Assembly (NCBI GenBank): GCA_021845905.1
Contig: JAJZVA010000002.1
Location: 76,577 to 140,576 of the forward strand
Reading direction: 5' to 3'
Source of the DNA: Pseudomonadota bacterium
Lineage (GTDB): Bacteria; Pseudomonadota; Alphaproteobacteria; Micavibrionales; UBA2020
Length of the DNA: 64,000 nt
Below the pieces are notes generated by a model, which worked only from the letters and a program-made list of their open reading frames with translations, did not search any database and was not told where the DNA came from. Numbering within the stretch: the stretch's first letter is position 1; every line of letters begins with the position of its first letter. The translations under genes were made by a program, and so were the position numbers. Positions 22,519-32,828 of the stretch are shown here, in pieces.

Positions 22519-23423
22519 AGGCGGCGTTGCAGGACGTAGTAGGCAAGGTCTTTCAAAAGGTCGGTGCGGCCTGCGTCGAACACGCGCAGGTGCGCCGCCG
22601 CCTGTTCGACCAGCATCTCGGCGCGCGCGCGCGCCTGTTCGCGGCCCATGGCGGTGACGAAGGTGGATTTCTTTCCGTCCTGATTGGCGGGCTTGCCCAT
22701 TTCCTTCGCGTCGCCCTCGGCGTCCAGCAGGTCGTCGGTGACCTGAAAGGCGAGGCCGAGGTCGTGCGCGTAATTGCGCAGCGCCTGACGGTGCGCGGGG
22801 TTGGCTTTGCCCAAAATCGCCCCCGCTTCGCAGCAGAAGGCGATCAGCTTGCCGGTCTTGAGGCGCTGCAGGCGGCTGATGGTGCCGACGTCGAATTCCT
22901 GTTTCTCGCCGATCATGTCGAGCATCTGCCCGCCGACCATGCCGTGCGGCCCGATGGCCGAGGCCAGCAGAGAAACCAGTTCGATGCGCACGCGCGGGTC
23001 CTCATGCGTCTCGACGTTGGCGATGATGTCGAAGGCCAGCGCCTGCAGGCCGTCGCCCGCCAAAATCGCCGTCGCCTCGTCATAAGCCTTGTGCAGCGCG
23101 GGCTTGCCGCGTCTTGTATCGGCATTGTCCATCGCCGGAAGATCGTCATGCACGAGGGAATAGCTGTGGATGAACTCGACCGCCGCCGCCACGCGCCTTG
23201 CCCTGGCCGCGTCGACGCCGAAAATCCGCGCCCCTTCCATCACCATGAAGGGCCGGAGGCGCTTGCCGCCCGACAAAACCGCATAGCGCATGCCGTCGAA
23301 CAGCGGCGCTTCGGCCAGTTCCGTCCCCGGCAGGAGGCTGGACATCGTCTTGTTGACGCTCTCGCGGCAGGCCTCCATGGCCTGTTGCAGTTTGGGCGAC
23401 GCCTCGCGGGGGGATGGAGCCAT
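22515..23423 (-). CDS. ispA: (2E,6E)-farnesyl/geranylgeranyl diphosphate synthase
   Basis: 302 aa from ATG 23423; [21 protein letters not shown] and [13 protein letters not shown]; stop overlaps dxs start. Confidence 0.9.
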   Translation of the reverse strand: MAPSPREASPKLQQAMEACRESVNKTMSSLLPGTELAEAPLFDGMRYAVLSGGKRLRPFMVMEGARIFGVDAARARRVAAAVEFIHSYSLVHDDLPAMDNADTRRGKPALHKAYDEATAILAGDGLQALAFDIIANVETHEDPRVRIELVSLLASAIGPHGMVGGQMLDMIGEKQEFDVGTISRLQRLKTGKLIAFCCEAGAILGKANPAHRQALRNYAHDLGLAFQVTDDLLDAEGDAKEMGKPANQDGKKSTFVTAMGREQARARAEMLVEQAAAHLRVFDAGRTDLLKDLAYYVLQRRL

Positions 23424-23540
23424 GTTGAAAAACTCTTTCGGTGGTAATGGTTGGAACGAATGCAATCAGGAGTGATTCTTTATAACCTATCGCGGGCGAA
23501 AAAGTCATCCTTTTCAGAAATTTAATTTATGAAAAGGTAT

Positions 23541-23569
23541 TTGACATTATGAAATCTATCGGTTACTAA
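23541..23569 (+). promoter_or_regulatory. candidate sigma70-type promoter TTGACA-17-TACTAA for the ankyrin-like pair
   Basis: In the AT-rich 150-bp spacer 23466-23617; shares the 9-mer ATTTGACAT with the sites at 12457 and 52555. Confidence 0.3.
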
Positions 23570-23617
23570 TATTCCATATCTTTATAATGATTCGTTCCCT
23601 GAAAAAAAGAAGCCAAA

Positions 23618-24649
23618 ATGTTCGGACGCGAAGCCAGAAGAAGAAAAGAAGAACAAAGACAGCTGGAACAAAGGAAAGAAAACCTGCTGGCCGCGGCGCG
23701 GAACAACGATACCGCCGGCGTGGTGAAATATTTCATGCGCCGCCCGGTTGTGTTTGATGCCTGCCTTGCCGCCGTGGAGGCGGGTTCCGTCGATGCGCTG
23801 AAGGCTTTATTGCGGAGAAACCTGGGTTTTGACTTTTCGGAATTCAGAGACCAGGACGTTCTGAAAGCAAAGCGTCTCGTCAATGCAGCGCGCGGCTCCG
23901 ATAAAGCCGACGCCTTGCTCACCGTCCTTTTCGCGGCAAACGAAACAACGGAATGCGGCAAGCTGCACCAATCGACGTTCATTTGTCCTGAAATCTCCCA
24001 CGACATACTGAGATGCATCCTGCTCATGACGCCATCAACCTTCGAGACCGCCATCGACGTTATCGGCCTTGAGGATACCGACAGGTTGAAATTCATCCTC
24101 GCCTTTCTGCCGAAGGACGGCAGCGGGCAGGGCGCGCTTGACAAGGCGCTGAGCGTTTCCGCTGAAAGAAACGACGTTGAAAAAGCGCAAATGCTCCTCG
24201 ACAAGGGCGCGAACGCCAATCATGCCGAGGCGCAGGCGTTGCAAAACGCGGCGATGGCCGGTCATATGGACATGGTCTGTCTGTTGTTGCTGCATGTCGA
24301 TCTTCTGCTCTACGGCAACGACGTCTCGGCGCAGGTCGAGCATGCCCATCCCGACCTCGCGAAGCTGATCGCCGACGCGACCGCGATTTGCTTCCAGGAA
24401 GAAGAAAGCCCCTTTGTCGCGCTCAATAAAAACATTCTGGAGGAGCGGCAAACGCTCTCCGGCGGCAAAACGCTGACCACGATATTCAATTTCGAGACAC
24501 GGCAGCAGCATAACGCCATCGAAACGCCGCAGGGAACGGAGAAAATGACCACCGTCAACTTCAAGGATATCGATGCCGGCGTCCTTGAAAAAATGCGCCG
24601 CAAACTCGACGGACTCAACGCTGCAAAACGCCTCGTCAACAAACCTTAA
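23618..24649 (+). CDS. ankyrin-repeat-like hypothetical protein, paralog A1
   Basis: 343 aa; MFGREARRRKEEQRQLEQRKE charged N-terminus; ANK-like ..AERNDVEKAQMLLDKGANANHAEAQALQNAAMAGHMDMVCLLL..; conserved C-terminal module ..TLTTIFNFETRQQHNAI..VNFKDIDAGVLEKMRRK. Confidence 0.7.
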   Translation: MFGREARRRKEEQRQLEQRKENLLAAARNNDTAGVVKYFMRRPVVFDACLAAVEAGSVDALKALLRRNLGFDFSEFRDQDVLKAKRLVNAARGSDKADALLTVLFAANETTECGKLHQSTFICPEISHDILRCILLMTPSTFETAIDVIGLEDTDRLKFILAFLPKDGSGQGALDKALSVSAERNDVEKAQMLLDKGANANHAEAQALQNAAMAGHMDMVCLLLLHVDLLLYGNDVSAQVEHAHPDLAKLIADATAICFQEEESPFVALNKNILEERQTLSGGKTLTTIFNFETRQQHNAIETPQGTEKMTTVNFKDIDAGVLEKMRRKLDGLNAAKRLVNKP

Positions 24650-24662
24650 AGGAGAAAAAACC

Positions 24663-25709
24663 ATGTTTGGACGCGAAAGAAAAGCGCGGGAGCGCGCGGA
24701 AGCGGAGCGGCTGGAACAGGAGGCGCGCAAGGCGGCGGCGCGCGCCGCGGACGAGGCGCGGGCGCAAAAACAGCGCGAAGGCCTGGAGGCGGCGCTCAAG
24801 ACGGACGATCCGTCGCTGTTCGACGAGCAATATTTCGTTTTCGACGTCAGCCCGGTCAACAGAATCTACGATGCCGCGAAAAGAGCCATTGCGCAAAACG
24901 CGCCGAAAGTCTTTCATGCGCTGACCCACGGAAAGTTTCCGAACTACTACAGCTCCTTCACCTTCGGGAGCACATGGGAGGAATCAAAACAGAACGTCCG
25001 CCTGTTGCTCGCCGACATATCCGCATCCGCGGAGCCGGGCCTCTTCTGGGAGATCATGCGCGACGGCAATGAAAAATCGACCGTGGATAAACCACGGCTT
25101 GCTTCCGCGGAGTTTCTGACCCCCGCCGCGTCGCCGGAATTCATCCATGACCAGCTCCTCAAGAATCCGGAGCTCTTCACGACCTGCCTTCGCGACATCG
25201 GCGTTCGGGATCCGGAAAAGCTGGAGCTTATCCTTGCCTTCGCGCCGAAAGACGACAGCGCGCACATCGCGCTGGTCGCGGCGGTGGTGGAGGTCTCTCG
25301 AAATGAGGACGCGCTTGATCAGCTCGCGGCGCTTTTGCCGCATATCGATCTGGCGCGGCACGGCGCGCACATGGCGGCGCTGGTCAGGTTTTTCAACCCC
25401 GAGATGGCAAAGCTGATTTCGGATGCGACGGAGATCATGCGCTGCACCCCTGAGGCGGAAGAAACCGTCCATCCGGCGCAGGAGAGCGACATACACGTTG
25501 AAAAGCAGGCCATTCCCGGCGGCGGCACGCTGACGGCCATCTTCAACTTCACGCTCAAACAGCAGCATAACGTCATCAGGATGCCGGGCGAAGACCCTGT
25601 CGCGACCACCGTCCAGTTCAGGGACATCGACAAGGGCGTTCTCGCCGCGATGCGCCGAAAATACGACGCCGCGCAAAAACCGCCGGAAAGCCCGCCGCCC
25701 GCGCCTTAA
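24663..25709 (+). CDS. hypothetical protein, paralog A2 of 23618-24649
   Basis: 348 aa from ATG 24663 (RBS aaaggag); MFGRERKARERAEAERLEQE..; shares LILAFAPKD.., AKLISDATEI.., ..TLTAIFNFTLKQQHNVI..VQFRDIDKGVLAAMRRK with A1. Confidence 0.7.
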   Translation: MFGRERKARERAEAERLEQEARKAAARAADEARAQKQREGLEAALKTDDPSLFDEQYFVFDVSPVNRIYDAAKRAIAQNAPKVFHALTHGKFPNYYSSFTFGSTWEESKQNVRLLLADISASAEPGLFWEIMRDGNEKSTVDKPRLASAEFLTPAASPEFIHDQLLKNPELFTTCLRDIGVRDPEKLELILAFAPKDDSAHIALVAAVVEVSRNEDALDQLAALLPHIDLARHGAHMAALVRFFNPEMAKLISDATEIMRCTPEAEETVHPAQESDIHVEKQAIPGGGTLTAIFNFTLKQQHNVIRMPGEDPVATTVQFRDIDKGVLAAMRRKYDAAQKPPESPPPAP

Positions 25710-25882
25710 GCTCAGGACCTGTTCATTTCGTGAATTCCGCGCAGAGTGAAAATGCCGATCACGCAAGGAAAAGCCCGACGACGCGTAGCTGGAAGCGTCC
25801 GCGCAAGGGCTTTGACGAAGCGCGGCGGCTTTTTTCGCTTTCCCGCAAAGTCCATGCGGTATATGTCGATCGGTCCTGAACT

Positions 25883-26119
25883 TTATTCCGAAACGGAGAA
25901 TTTCTCCGTTTTGACCGCGCCGTCATTGCCGAGCGTGATTTTCTCGATGCGGGTCTGCGCCTCTTTCAGCTTGTCCTCGCACAGCTTCTTGAGCGCCATG
26001 CCGCGCTCGTAAGAGGCGATCGAGGCGTCAAGGTCCGCGCCGCCGGATTCGAGCTGGCGGACGATCTTCTCCAGTTCGGCGAGGGCGGATTCGAAGGTGA
26101 CGTTTTTCTCGGCGGCCAT
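25883..26119 (-). CDS. xseB: exodeoxyribonuclease VII small subunit
   Basis: 78 aa from ATG 26119 with strong RBS aaggaggg; ..FESALAELEKIVRQLESGGADLDASIASYERGMAL.. Confidence 0.9.
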   Translation of the reverse strand: MAAEKNVTFESALAELEKIVRQLESGGADLDASIASYERGMALKKLCEDKLKEAQTRIEKITLGNDGAVKTEKFSVSE

Positions 26120-26130
26120 GAAACCCTCCT

Positions 26131-27003
26131 TTAGAGCATGAACTTGAAGACGGCAAGCCCCGCGATCACGCGGTAGACGGCGAAGGGCATGAAGCCGCCC
26201 TGCCTGACCCAGCGCATCAGGAGCGCGACGGAAATATAGGCGACGATGAAAGAGACGACGAAGCCTTCCGCCATCATCATCCACTGCATGTGGGTGAGGT
26301 GGGAAACGCCGACGGGGTCCTTGCCGTGGCCGAGCAGCGATTTGAGCAGCGTGTAGAAAACCGCCGCCGCCATCGTCGGCATGGAGAGGAAGAACGAAAA
26401 CTCCAGCGCCGCGGCGCGCGAGAGGCCGACCAGCTGCCCCGCCGCGATGGTCGACATCGAGCGCGAGGTGCCGGGAAAAACGGCGGAGAAAATCTGGCAC
26501 GCGCCGATGAAGGCCGCCTGAAACACGGTCATGTTCTCCATATGCCATGTCGTGATGGAGCTGCCGGGCGCGTTCATCCCCGCATGTTCGGCTTTCGCCT
26601 TCATCAGGTCGACCGCGCCCATGATGACGCCGCCGATGATCAGCGACCAGGCCATCACCGCCGGATTTTCGAGGTTGTGGCCGATGATCTTGATCATCAG
26701 GAGCGAGGGGATCGCGGTGATGACGAACGCCATCATGATGAGCGTGAAAGGGTGGCGGAGCTTGTCTTTGGTGGTGAAAAAGCTCTTCAAAAACGTCATG
26801 ATCCGCGGCCAGAAGTAGACCGGCAGGCATAAGATCGCCCCGAGCTGGATGACGATGGAATACATCTTCCAGTAGCCGCTTTCGAGGGAGAGCCCGAGGA
26901 TCTTCTCGGCAAGACGCAGGTGCGCGGTGGAGCTCACCGGCAAAAACTCCGTGACGCCTTCAACGACGCCGAGCAGACCCGATAACGTATATCCGTGGAG
27001 CAT
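26131..27003 (-). CDS. uppP: undecaprenyl-diphosphate phosphatase
   Basis: 290 aa from ATG 27003; VTEFLPVSSTAHL signature and ..PGTSRSMSTI.. Confidence 0.9.
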   Translation of the reverse strand: MLHGYTLSGLLGVVEGVTEFLPVSSTAHLRLAEKILGLSLESGYWKMYSIVIQLGAILCLPVYFWPRIMTFLKSFFTTKDKLRHPFTLIMMAFVITAIPSLLMIKIIGHNLENPAVMAWSLIIGGVIMGAVDLMKAKAEHAGMNAPGSSITTWHMENMTVFQAAFIGACQIFSAVFPGTSRSMSTIAAGQLVGLSRAAALEFSFFLSMPTMAAAVFYTLLKSLLGHGKDPVGVSHLTHMQWMMMAEGFVVSFIVAYISVALLMRWVRQGGFMPFAVYRVIAGLAVFKFML

Positions 27004-27007
27004 GACG

Positions 27008-27712
27008 TTATGCCGTCCTTGCCGCATTGGCGGCATTCGTTTTGTCCGCCGCATTGGCGGCATTCGGTTTCGTCGCGTCCGCGGCATTCGGTTTCATCGC
27101 GTCCGCGGCATTCGGTTTCGTCGCGTCCGCGACGAGGCCGAGGTTGATCTCCAGCGCGCCGCACAGCATCTGCCCGAGGGTGATGTGCATCTCCTGAATG
27201 CGCGCGGTGGTGGCGGAGGGCACGTTGAGAAGAATGTCGCACAGCGGCGCCATCTCGCCGCCGGTCCTGCCGGTCAGCCCGGCGGTGACGATGCTCATTT
27301 TCTTCGCTTCGGCCAGCGCGTTGATGACGTTTTTGCTGTTGCCCGAGGTCGAGATGCCGATGGCGAGATCGCCTTTTTTGCCCAGCGCCGCGACCTGCCT
27401 TGCGAACAGGTGCTCGAAGCCGAAATCGTTGCCGATGGCGGTCAGCGAAGAAGTATCGGTGGTCAGCGCGACGGCGGCGATCGGCGCGCGGTCGGTTTTG
27501 TAGCGCACGGTCAGCTCGGTGGCGAGGTGCTGCGCGTCGCCCGCGCTGCCGCCGTTGCCGAAAAAGAGGATCTTTCCGCCCGCCTTGATGGTGGCGGAGG
27601 CGGCGAGCAGCAGCTCCTCGAACGGCTCGAGCAAGGCGGCGCGGGTCGCCTGTTGCACCGCTTCATGCTCGGCGAATTCCTCCGCCCAGAAACGCTTGCA
27701 TGTGAAGGTCAT
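27008..27712 (-). CDS. SIS-domain phosphoheptose isomerase family (GmhA/DiaA-like) with ~40-aa repetitive C-terminal extension
   Basis: 234 aa; [18 protein letters not shown] and ISTSGNS blocks; tail [33 protein letters not shown].. Confidence 0.85.
   Translation of the reverse strand: MTFTCKRFWAEEFAEHEAVQQATRAALLEPFEELLLAASATIKAGGKILFFGNGGSAGDAQHLATELTVRYKTDRAPIAAVALTTDTSSLTAIGNDFGFEHLFARQVAALGKKGDLAIGISTSGNSKNVINALAEAKKMSIVTAGLTGRTGGEMAPLCDILLNVPSATTARIQEMHITLGQMLCGALEINLGLVADATKPNAADAMKPNAADATKPNAANAADKTNAANAARTA
27021..27128. repeat. 24-bp in-frame tandem repeat (3 near-perfect copies 27057-27128 plus degenerate copies 27021-27056) encoding the (A-D-A-T/M-K-P-N-A)n tail
   Basis: gcggcattcggtttc[g/a]tcgcgtcc x3 read directly. 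Confidence 0.9.
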
Positions 27713-28251
27713 TTTTTCCGCTCCTTGTTGTAGGCATATTGCGCATGGGTCAGCGCGAAGCCGATGATCACTTTATAATCCGCCGCGCCGTCGACGCCGT
27801 GCGGCAGGGGGATTTTGATGCTGTGGTCTTCGGTATTCTCGCCGTTCTCGCTGTTGTCGAAATCGATCGTGGTGGTGAAGGCGGTGCGCTGCAAGATCTC
27901 GTTCCGCGGCGAGAGCACGGCGATGAAATAGGGGAATTTTCGCAGCTTCAGGCCCGCGCCCGCCGGGCCTTTTTGCGCGACGAACGGCACTTTAAGATCG
28001 ACCAGCACGGCGTCCTTCTTCTTGTCGGCGAAGCTGCAGGAGCCGCGGTAGCCGTTGATGCTGGCGCGCACGACGACGTTTTTCTCGCCCTGACCCGCCA
28101 CGGCGTCGGGCGCAAGATAGGTGACGGTGTCCGTATTATCCATAAAACCAGTCACCGGGCAGATGCCCGTCACCGGCGGCTTGTTGGCGCAGGCCGAGAG
28201 CAACAGGACGGCGCAGAATGTTATGAACGGCGTGACAGAACGCTGACGCAT
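27709..28251 (-). CDS. hypothetical lipoprotein
   Basis: 180 aa from ATG 28251; lipobox LLLSAC; stop overlaps the SIS gene start (ATGA). The 509-aa track ORF is an upstream extension antisense to ispH. Confidence 0.65.
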   Translation of the reverse strand: MRQRSVTPFITFCAVLLLSACANKPPVTGICPVTGFMDNTDTVTYLAPDAVAGQGEKNVVVRASINGYRGSCSFADKKKDAVLVDLKVPFVAQKGPAGAGLKLRKFPYFIAVLSPRNEILQRTAFTTTIDFDNSENGENTEDHSIKIPLPHGVDGAADYKVIIGFALTHAQYAYNKERKK

Positions 28252-28332
28252 GGGAAACCTCGCTTTCCGAGACTGGAGGATACCCTGCATAAGTCCTCGA
28301 CTCAAGACGGCTTGAACAGATATATTTTCCCC

Positions 28333-29316
28333 ATGACAGTCTCCGCAACCGCCCCGAAACCGCCCCTGACAATCATCCTCGCCAGCCCGCGCGGCTTTTG
28401 CGCCGGGGTCGACCGCGCCATCGAGATCGTCGAGCGCGCGCTCGAGAAGTTCGGCGCGCCGGTCTACGTGCGCCACGAGATCGTGCACAACAAAACGGTG
28501 CTCGAAGACCTGAAAGCCAGGGGCGCGGTGTTCGTGAAGGATCTTGACGAGGTTCCGGACGAAATAAGTCCCGGGCGCAGAGCGCCGCCCGTGGTCTTTT
28601 CCGCCCACGGCGTGCCGAAGAGCGTTCCCGCCGCGGCGCGAAAGCGCAACATGATTTACGTCGACGCCACCTGTCCGCTGGTCAGCAAGGTGCACCACGA
28701 GGCCGAGGCGCTGGCGCGGGCGGGAAAGCAGATCATCCTCATCGGCCACGCGGGACACCCCGAAGTCGTCGGCACGATGGGCCAGCTGCCGGAGGGAAAA
28801 ATCCTGCTGGTCGAAAAAGCGCAGGATGTCGCGGCGCTGCGGGTCGAAGATGAAAGCCGTCTTGCCTTTCTCACCCAGACGACGCTTTCGGTCGACGACA
28901 CGGCGGAAATCGTGAGCGCGCTCAAAGCCCGCTTCCCTCAGATTTTCACGCCGAAGAAGGAAGACATCTGCTACGCCACCACCAACCGGCAGGCGGCGGT
29001 GAAGGCGATCGCCCCGCGCGCCGACGCGCTGATCGTCATCGGCTCGCAAAACTCCTCCAACTCCAACCGGCTGGTCGAGGTCGCCAAAGCCCACGGCTGC
29101 GCGCGCGCTTTTCTGGTCGACCGCGCCGCCGACATCGACTGGAAGAAGCTTGAAGACATCCGCACGCTCGGCCTGACGGCCGGGGCGAGCGCGCCCGAGA
29201 AGCTGGTGCGCGAGGTGATCGAAGCGGCGGGCGCGCATTTCGCCGTCACGACCGAAACCGCCGTGACGGCGGAGGAGCGCGTGGTCTTCAACATCCCGCG
29301 CCTGCTCACAGCATAA
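28333..29316 (+). CDS. ispH: 4-hydroxy-3-methylbut-2-enyl diphosphate reductase
   Basis: 327 aa from ATG 28333; ..[18 protein letters not shown].., ..[11 protein letters not shown].., ..NSSNSNRL.. Confidence 0.94.
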   Translation: MTVSATAPKPPLTIILASPRGFCAGVDRAIEIVERALEKFGAPVYVRHEIVHNKTVLEDLKARGAVFVKDLDEVPDEISPGRRAPPVVFSAHGVPKSVPAAARKRNMIYVDATCPLVSKVHHEAEALARAGKQIILIGHAGHPEVVGTMGQLPEGKILLVEKAQDVAALRVEDESRLAFLTQTTLSVDDTAEIVSALKARFPQIFTPKKEDICYATTNRQAAVKAIAPRADALIVIGSQNSSNSNRLVEVAKAHGCARAFLVDRAADIDWKKLEDIRTLGLTAGASAPEKLVREVIEAAGAHFAVTTETAVTAEERVVFNIPRLLTA

Positions 29317-30242
29317 TGGCCGTCTTCACCCATATCACGGAGACCCAGGCGGCGGCGCATCTTGCCCGCTTCGACATCGGCGCGCTTCAAACCTTAAGCC
29401 CTATCGGCGCGGGCGTCGAGAACACCAACTACAAGCTCTCGACCACGGCGGGGGATTACGTTCTGACGCTGGTGGAAAGACGCACGCCGCGCGACGCGCT
29501 GCCTTTCATCGTCGCCTTCATGGCGCATTTGCAAAAGCGCGGCATTCCCTGCCCGGCGGTGATTGAAAACGCCGACGGCGCTGCCATCGTGCCGCTGGCG
29601 GGGCGGCCCGCCGTCATCACCGGCTTTCTGCCCGGCGCAACGCCGGAGCGGCTCGATCCGCCGCACGCCGCCGCCGCCGGCGCATTGCTGGCGAAAATGC
29701 ACAAGGCCGCGGCGGACTTCAAAATGCAACGCGAGAATCCCGTCGCCCTGCCGGCGTGGAAAAAGCTGATCGGCGACTGCAGGACGGCGCCGGTTTACGA
29801 CATGCTGCAAGGCGAGCTTGCCTATCTTGAAAAAAGCCGTCCGTGGGGTTTGCCCGCGGGCGCGATCCATGCCGACCTGTTCCCCGACAACGCCTTTTTC
29901 AAAGACGGCAGGATCTCCGGCGTGTTCGACTTTTATTTTTCCTGCACCGACGCGCTGGCCTACGACTTCATGGCGACGCTCGACGCCTGGTGCTTCGACG
30001 ACGGCGTTTTTGCCTCCGAACGGGCGCGGGCGTTCTCCGAAGCTTATCAGAAGATCCGCCCGCTTTCCGCCGCCGAAAAGAAATCCCTGCCCTATTTCGG
30101 CCGCGCCGCCGCCTTGCGCATCGTCGCGACGAGGCTCTACGACGCGCTGCACCCCGCGGCGGACGCGCACATCACGCCGCACGACCCGTATGAGCACGTG
30201 CGCATTCTCGCCTTTCACCAGTCGGAAAATTTCTCATGCTGA
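29316..30242 (+). CDS. thrB: homoserine kinase, type II (APH/choline-kinase fold)
   Basis: 308 aa; ..[24 protein letters not shown].., ..[12 protein letters not shown]..; ispH-thrB-rnhA arrangement. Confidence 0.88.
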   Translation: MAVFTHITETQAAAHLARFDIGALQTLSPIGAGVENTNYKLSTTAGDYVLTLVERRTPRDALPFIVAFMAHLQKRGIPCPAVIENADGAAIVPLAGRPAVITGFLPGATPERLDPPHAAAAGALLAKMHKAAADFKMQRENPVALPAWKKLIGDCRTAPVYDMLQGELAYLEKSRPWGLPAGAIHADLFPDNAFFKDGRISGVFDFYFSCTDALAYDFMATLDAWCFDDGVFASERARAFSEAYQKIRPLSAAEKKSLPYFGRAAALRIVATRLYDALHPAADAHITPHDPYEHVRILAFHQSENFSC

Positions 30243-30667
30243 AGGCGGTCGATCTTTTCACCGACGGCGCCTGCTCCGGCAATCCCGGCCCCGGCGGCTG
30301 GGGCGCGATTTTGCGCTACGGCGGGCACGAAAAAGAACTCAGCGGCGGGGCTGCTGAAACCACCAACAACCGCATGGAGCTGACGGCCGTCATCGAAGGC
30401 CTCGCGGCGCTGACGTCGTCCTGCGCCGTCACGGTCCATACCGACAGCAAATACGTGATGGACGGCGTGACGAAATATCTCGCGGGCTGGAAGCGGCGCG
30501 GCTGGAAAACCGCCGACAAAAAACCGGTCAAGAACATCGACCTGTGGGAAAAGCTCGACGCCGCGCTGCAAGGGCATCAGGTGAAGTGGATCTGGGTCAA
30601 GGGTCACGCCGGCCATGCGGAGAACGAACGCGCCGACGCGCTCGCGCGCAACGCGGTGCCGCACTGA
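30236..30667 (+). CDS. rnhA: ribonuclease HI
   Basis: 143 aa; ..[48 protein letters not shown]. Confidence 0.94.
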   Translation: MLKAVDLFTDGACSGNPGPGGWGAILRYGGHEKELSGGAAETTNNRMELTAVIEGLAALTSSCAVTVHTDSKYVMDGVTKYLAGWKRRGWKTADKKPVKNIDLWEKLDAALQGHQVKWIWVKGHAGHAENERADALARNAVPH

Positions 30668-30726
30668 AATTTTCGGCTCCAGCCGCGCTGAACCAGCGGC
30701 GCGGCGGCCATGCCCTCTCATGGATC

Positions 30727-31206
30727 TTACGTCTTTTTGCTGTCGCGGTGAGTGACGTGCTGGAATCCCGCCGCAAAAGAGAAAAGCCGCTCTTTCAGAA
30801 ACGCGGGTTTTAAATCCGTTTCGCGCAGGTCATCGGAAGAAAACCATGAGCTGGTGATGGGCGTGCCGTTTGTGTCGGTCTTGGGCACGGCAAGCGGTTC
30901 GGGCAGCGCGGCGCGGTAGAAAACCATCAGTTCGTGAAAGTCCCGCCGTTCGCTGACAAAGAAATTTTCGACGACGCCCGCGAGTTCAAGGCTGTCGGGC
31001 GCGCAGTGCAGCTCCTCGCCGATTTCGCGTATGACGGCTTCTTCCGATGTTTCGCCGAAAGCAACGCGTCCGCCCGGCATGAACCAGTAATCATGCGCGT
31101 CATGTTGCTGCAGAAGGATTTTCCCTGCGCGGAAAACGAGGAAAGCCACGCGGATATTGAGCTTGCCCCACGGCGTTTGCAGCGTGAGGTCTTTGCTTTC
31201 CGGCAT
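30727..31206 (-). CDS. NUDIX hydrolase
   Basis: 159 aa from ATG 31206; Nudix box GGRVAFGETSEEAVIREIGEELH; start overlaps upstream stop by 1 nt (TGATG). Confidence 0.8.
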   Translation of the reverse strand: MPESKDLTLQTPWGKLNIRVAFLVFRAGKILLQQHDAHDYWFMPGGRVAFGETSEEAVIREIGEELHCAPDSLELAGVVENFFVSERRDFHELMVFYRAALPEPLAVPKTDTNGTPITSSWFSSDDLRETDLKPAFLKERLFSFAAGFQHVTHRDSKKT

Positions 31207-32411
31207 CACGCCGTCTCTTTGAACAATTCCCGCCCGATCAGCATGCGGCGGATCTCGCTCGTGCCCGCGCCGATCTCGTAGAGTTTCGCGTCGCGCAATA
31301 ATCTGCCCGCCGGATAATCGTTGGTATAGCCGTTGCCGCCGAGGCACTGGATGGCGTCGAGCGCCATCGCGGTGGCTTTTTCGGCGGAATACAAAATCGC
31401 GCCCGCCGCGTCCTTGCGGGTCACTTCGCCGCGGTCGCATGCCTTGCCGACGGCGTAAACGTAAGCGCGGGCGGTGTTCATCATCACATACATGTCGGCG
31501 AGTTTGCCCTGCATGAGCTGGAATTCGCCGATGGATTGGCCGAACTGCTTGCGCTCGTGCAAATAAGGCAACACGATATCGAGGCAGGCCTGCATGATGC
31601 CGAGCGGCCCGCCGGACAAGACGGCGCGTTCGTAATCGAGCCCGCTCATCAGCACTTTCACGCCCTTGCCGACCTCGCCCAGCACGTTTTCCTCCGGCAC
31701 TTCGCAGTTATCGAACACCAGCTCGCAGGTGTTGGAGCCGCGCATGCCGAGCTTGTCGAGCTTCTGCGCGGTGGAAAAACCCTTGAATGTGTTCTCGACC
31801 AGAAACGCGGTGATGCCTTTGCTCCCCGCCGCGGGATCCGTCTTGGCGTAGACCACCAGCGTCGCCGCGTCGGGGCCGTTGGTGATCCACATCTTGTTGC
31901 CGTTGAGGACATAGCGGTCGCCCTTTTTCTCTGCCTTGAGTTTCATCGAAACGACGTCGGAGCCCGCGCCCGGCTCGCTCATGGCGAGCGCGCCGATCTT
32001 TTTGCCGGCGCAGAGGTCGGGCAGGTATTTTTGTTTTTGCGCCGGTGTGCCGTTGAGGTTGATCTGGTTGACGCAGAGGTTGGAAAACGCGCCGTAAGAG
32101 AGGCCGATGCTGGCGGAGGCGCGTGAAATTTCCTCCATCGCAACGATGTGCTCGATGTAGCCCATGCCGGTGCCGCCGTATTCCGGATCGGCGGTGAGCC
32201 CGAGCAATCCCAGTCTGCCCATTTCAGGCCAGAGGTCGTTGGGGAAGGCGTTGTCGTGGTCGACCTGCGCCGCGATCGGCGCGATCTCCTTCTGCGCGAA
32301 ATCCTGCACTGTGGCGCGCAAGGCGTCCGCCGTTTCGCCGAGGTCGAAGTTCAGCGACGGAAAATCCTGCGCCTTGGGAACATAAGTTTCTTTCTTTTGA
32401 GCCTGTGTCAT
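31206..32411 (-). CDS. ivd: acyl-CoA dehydrogenase, isovaleryl-CoA dehydrogenase-like
   Basis: 401 aa; ..[27 protein letters not shown].., C-terminal ..[19 protein letters not shown]. Confidence 0.88.
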   Translation of the reverse strand: MTQAQKKETYVPKAQDFPSLNFDLGETADALRATVQDFAQKEIAPIAAQVDHDNAFPNDLWPEMGRLGLLGLTADPEYGGTGMGYIEHIVAMEEISRASASIGLSYGAFSNLCVNQINLNGTPAQKQKYLPDLCAGKKIGALAMSEPGAGSDVVSMKLKAEKKGDRYVLNGNKMWITNGPDAATLVVYAKTDPAAGSKGITAFLVENTFKGFSTAQKLDKLGMRGSNTCELVFDNCEVPEENVLGEVGKGVKVLMSGLDYERAVLSGGPLGIMQACLDIVLPYLHERKQFGQSIGEFQLMQGKLADMYVMMNTARAYVYAVGKACDRGEVTRKDAAGAILYSAEKATAMALDAIQCLGGNGYTNDYPAGRLLRDAKLYEIGAGTSEIRRMLIGRELFKETA

Positions 32412-32568
32412 GAGTTTTTCCTCATTGATTCTTTAAGGTAAAATACCAATCGGAAATATAAAGCAAATGACGGCAAAGGGCGACGCCCTATATTTTTACA
32501 TAGTCATGAAGATATTCACTGTGCAACAGGCCGATTGTTGTTAAGATGATTCGCCAGGGAGGATTATC

Positions 32569-32775
32569 ATGAATGAATTTCTTTTATCGTTTTACGACAG
32601 GTGTTTTAAAGGCGTGCGGGGCACGTATTTCAGTTGCGTGCGGGGCACGACAGCCATCGAATACAGCCTGATCGTCGGCGGGATCGCCGTGGCCATTTCC
32701 GTAGTCGTTTTTGCGGTCGGCAGCGATCTCAAGGTGCTGTTTCAGGCTATCGCCACGATGGCGGCGAAATTCTGA
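32569..32775 (+). CDS. flp: Flp/Fap-family type IVb prepilin (orphan: no tad/cpa genes in window)
   Basis: 68 aa; processing-site motif G|TTAIEYSLIVGGIAVAI; RBS gggagga. Confidence 0.75.
   Translation: MNEFLLSFYDRCFKGVRGTYFSCVRGTTAIEYSLIVGGIAVAISVVVFAVGSDLKVLFQAIATMAAKF
32612..32649. repeat. 24-bp-period duplication inside the flp leader (gcgtgcggggcacg at 32612 and 32636) duplicating the VRGT residues preceding the cleavage site
   Basis: 14-nt perfect core repeated with 24-nt offset; protein reads ..KGVRGTYFSCVRGT|TAIEY. Confidence 0.8.
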
Positions 32776-32828
32776 TTTTATGAATATGCAAGAATAAGAT
32801 AAATTCCCGTTGCCTTTATATGTTTATC

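Noticed and set aside
24573-24662. Upstream start for ankyrin-like paralog A2 overlapping the end of A1
   Set aside because: ATG 24663 has a strong aaaggag RBS and gives the MFGRE N-terminus that is homologous to A1. The 30 extra residues overlap A1 and have no counterpart.
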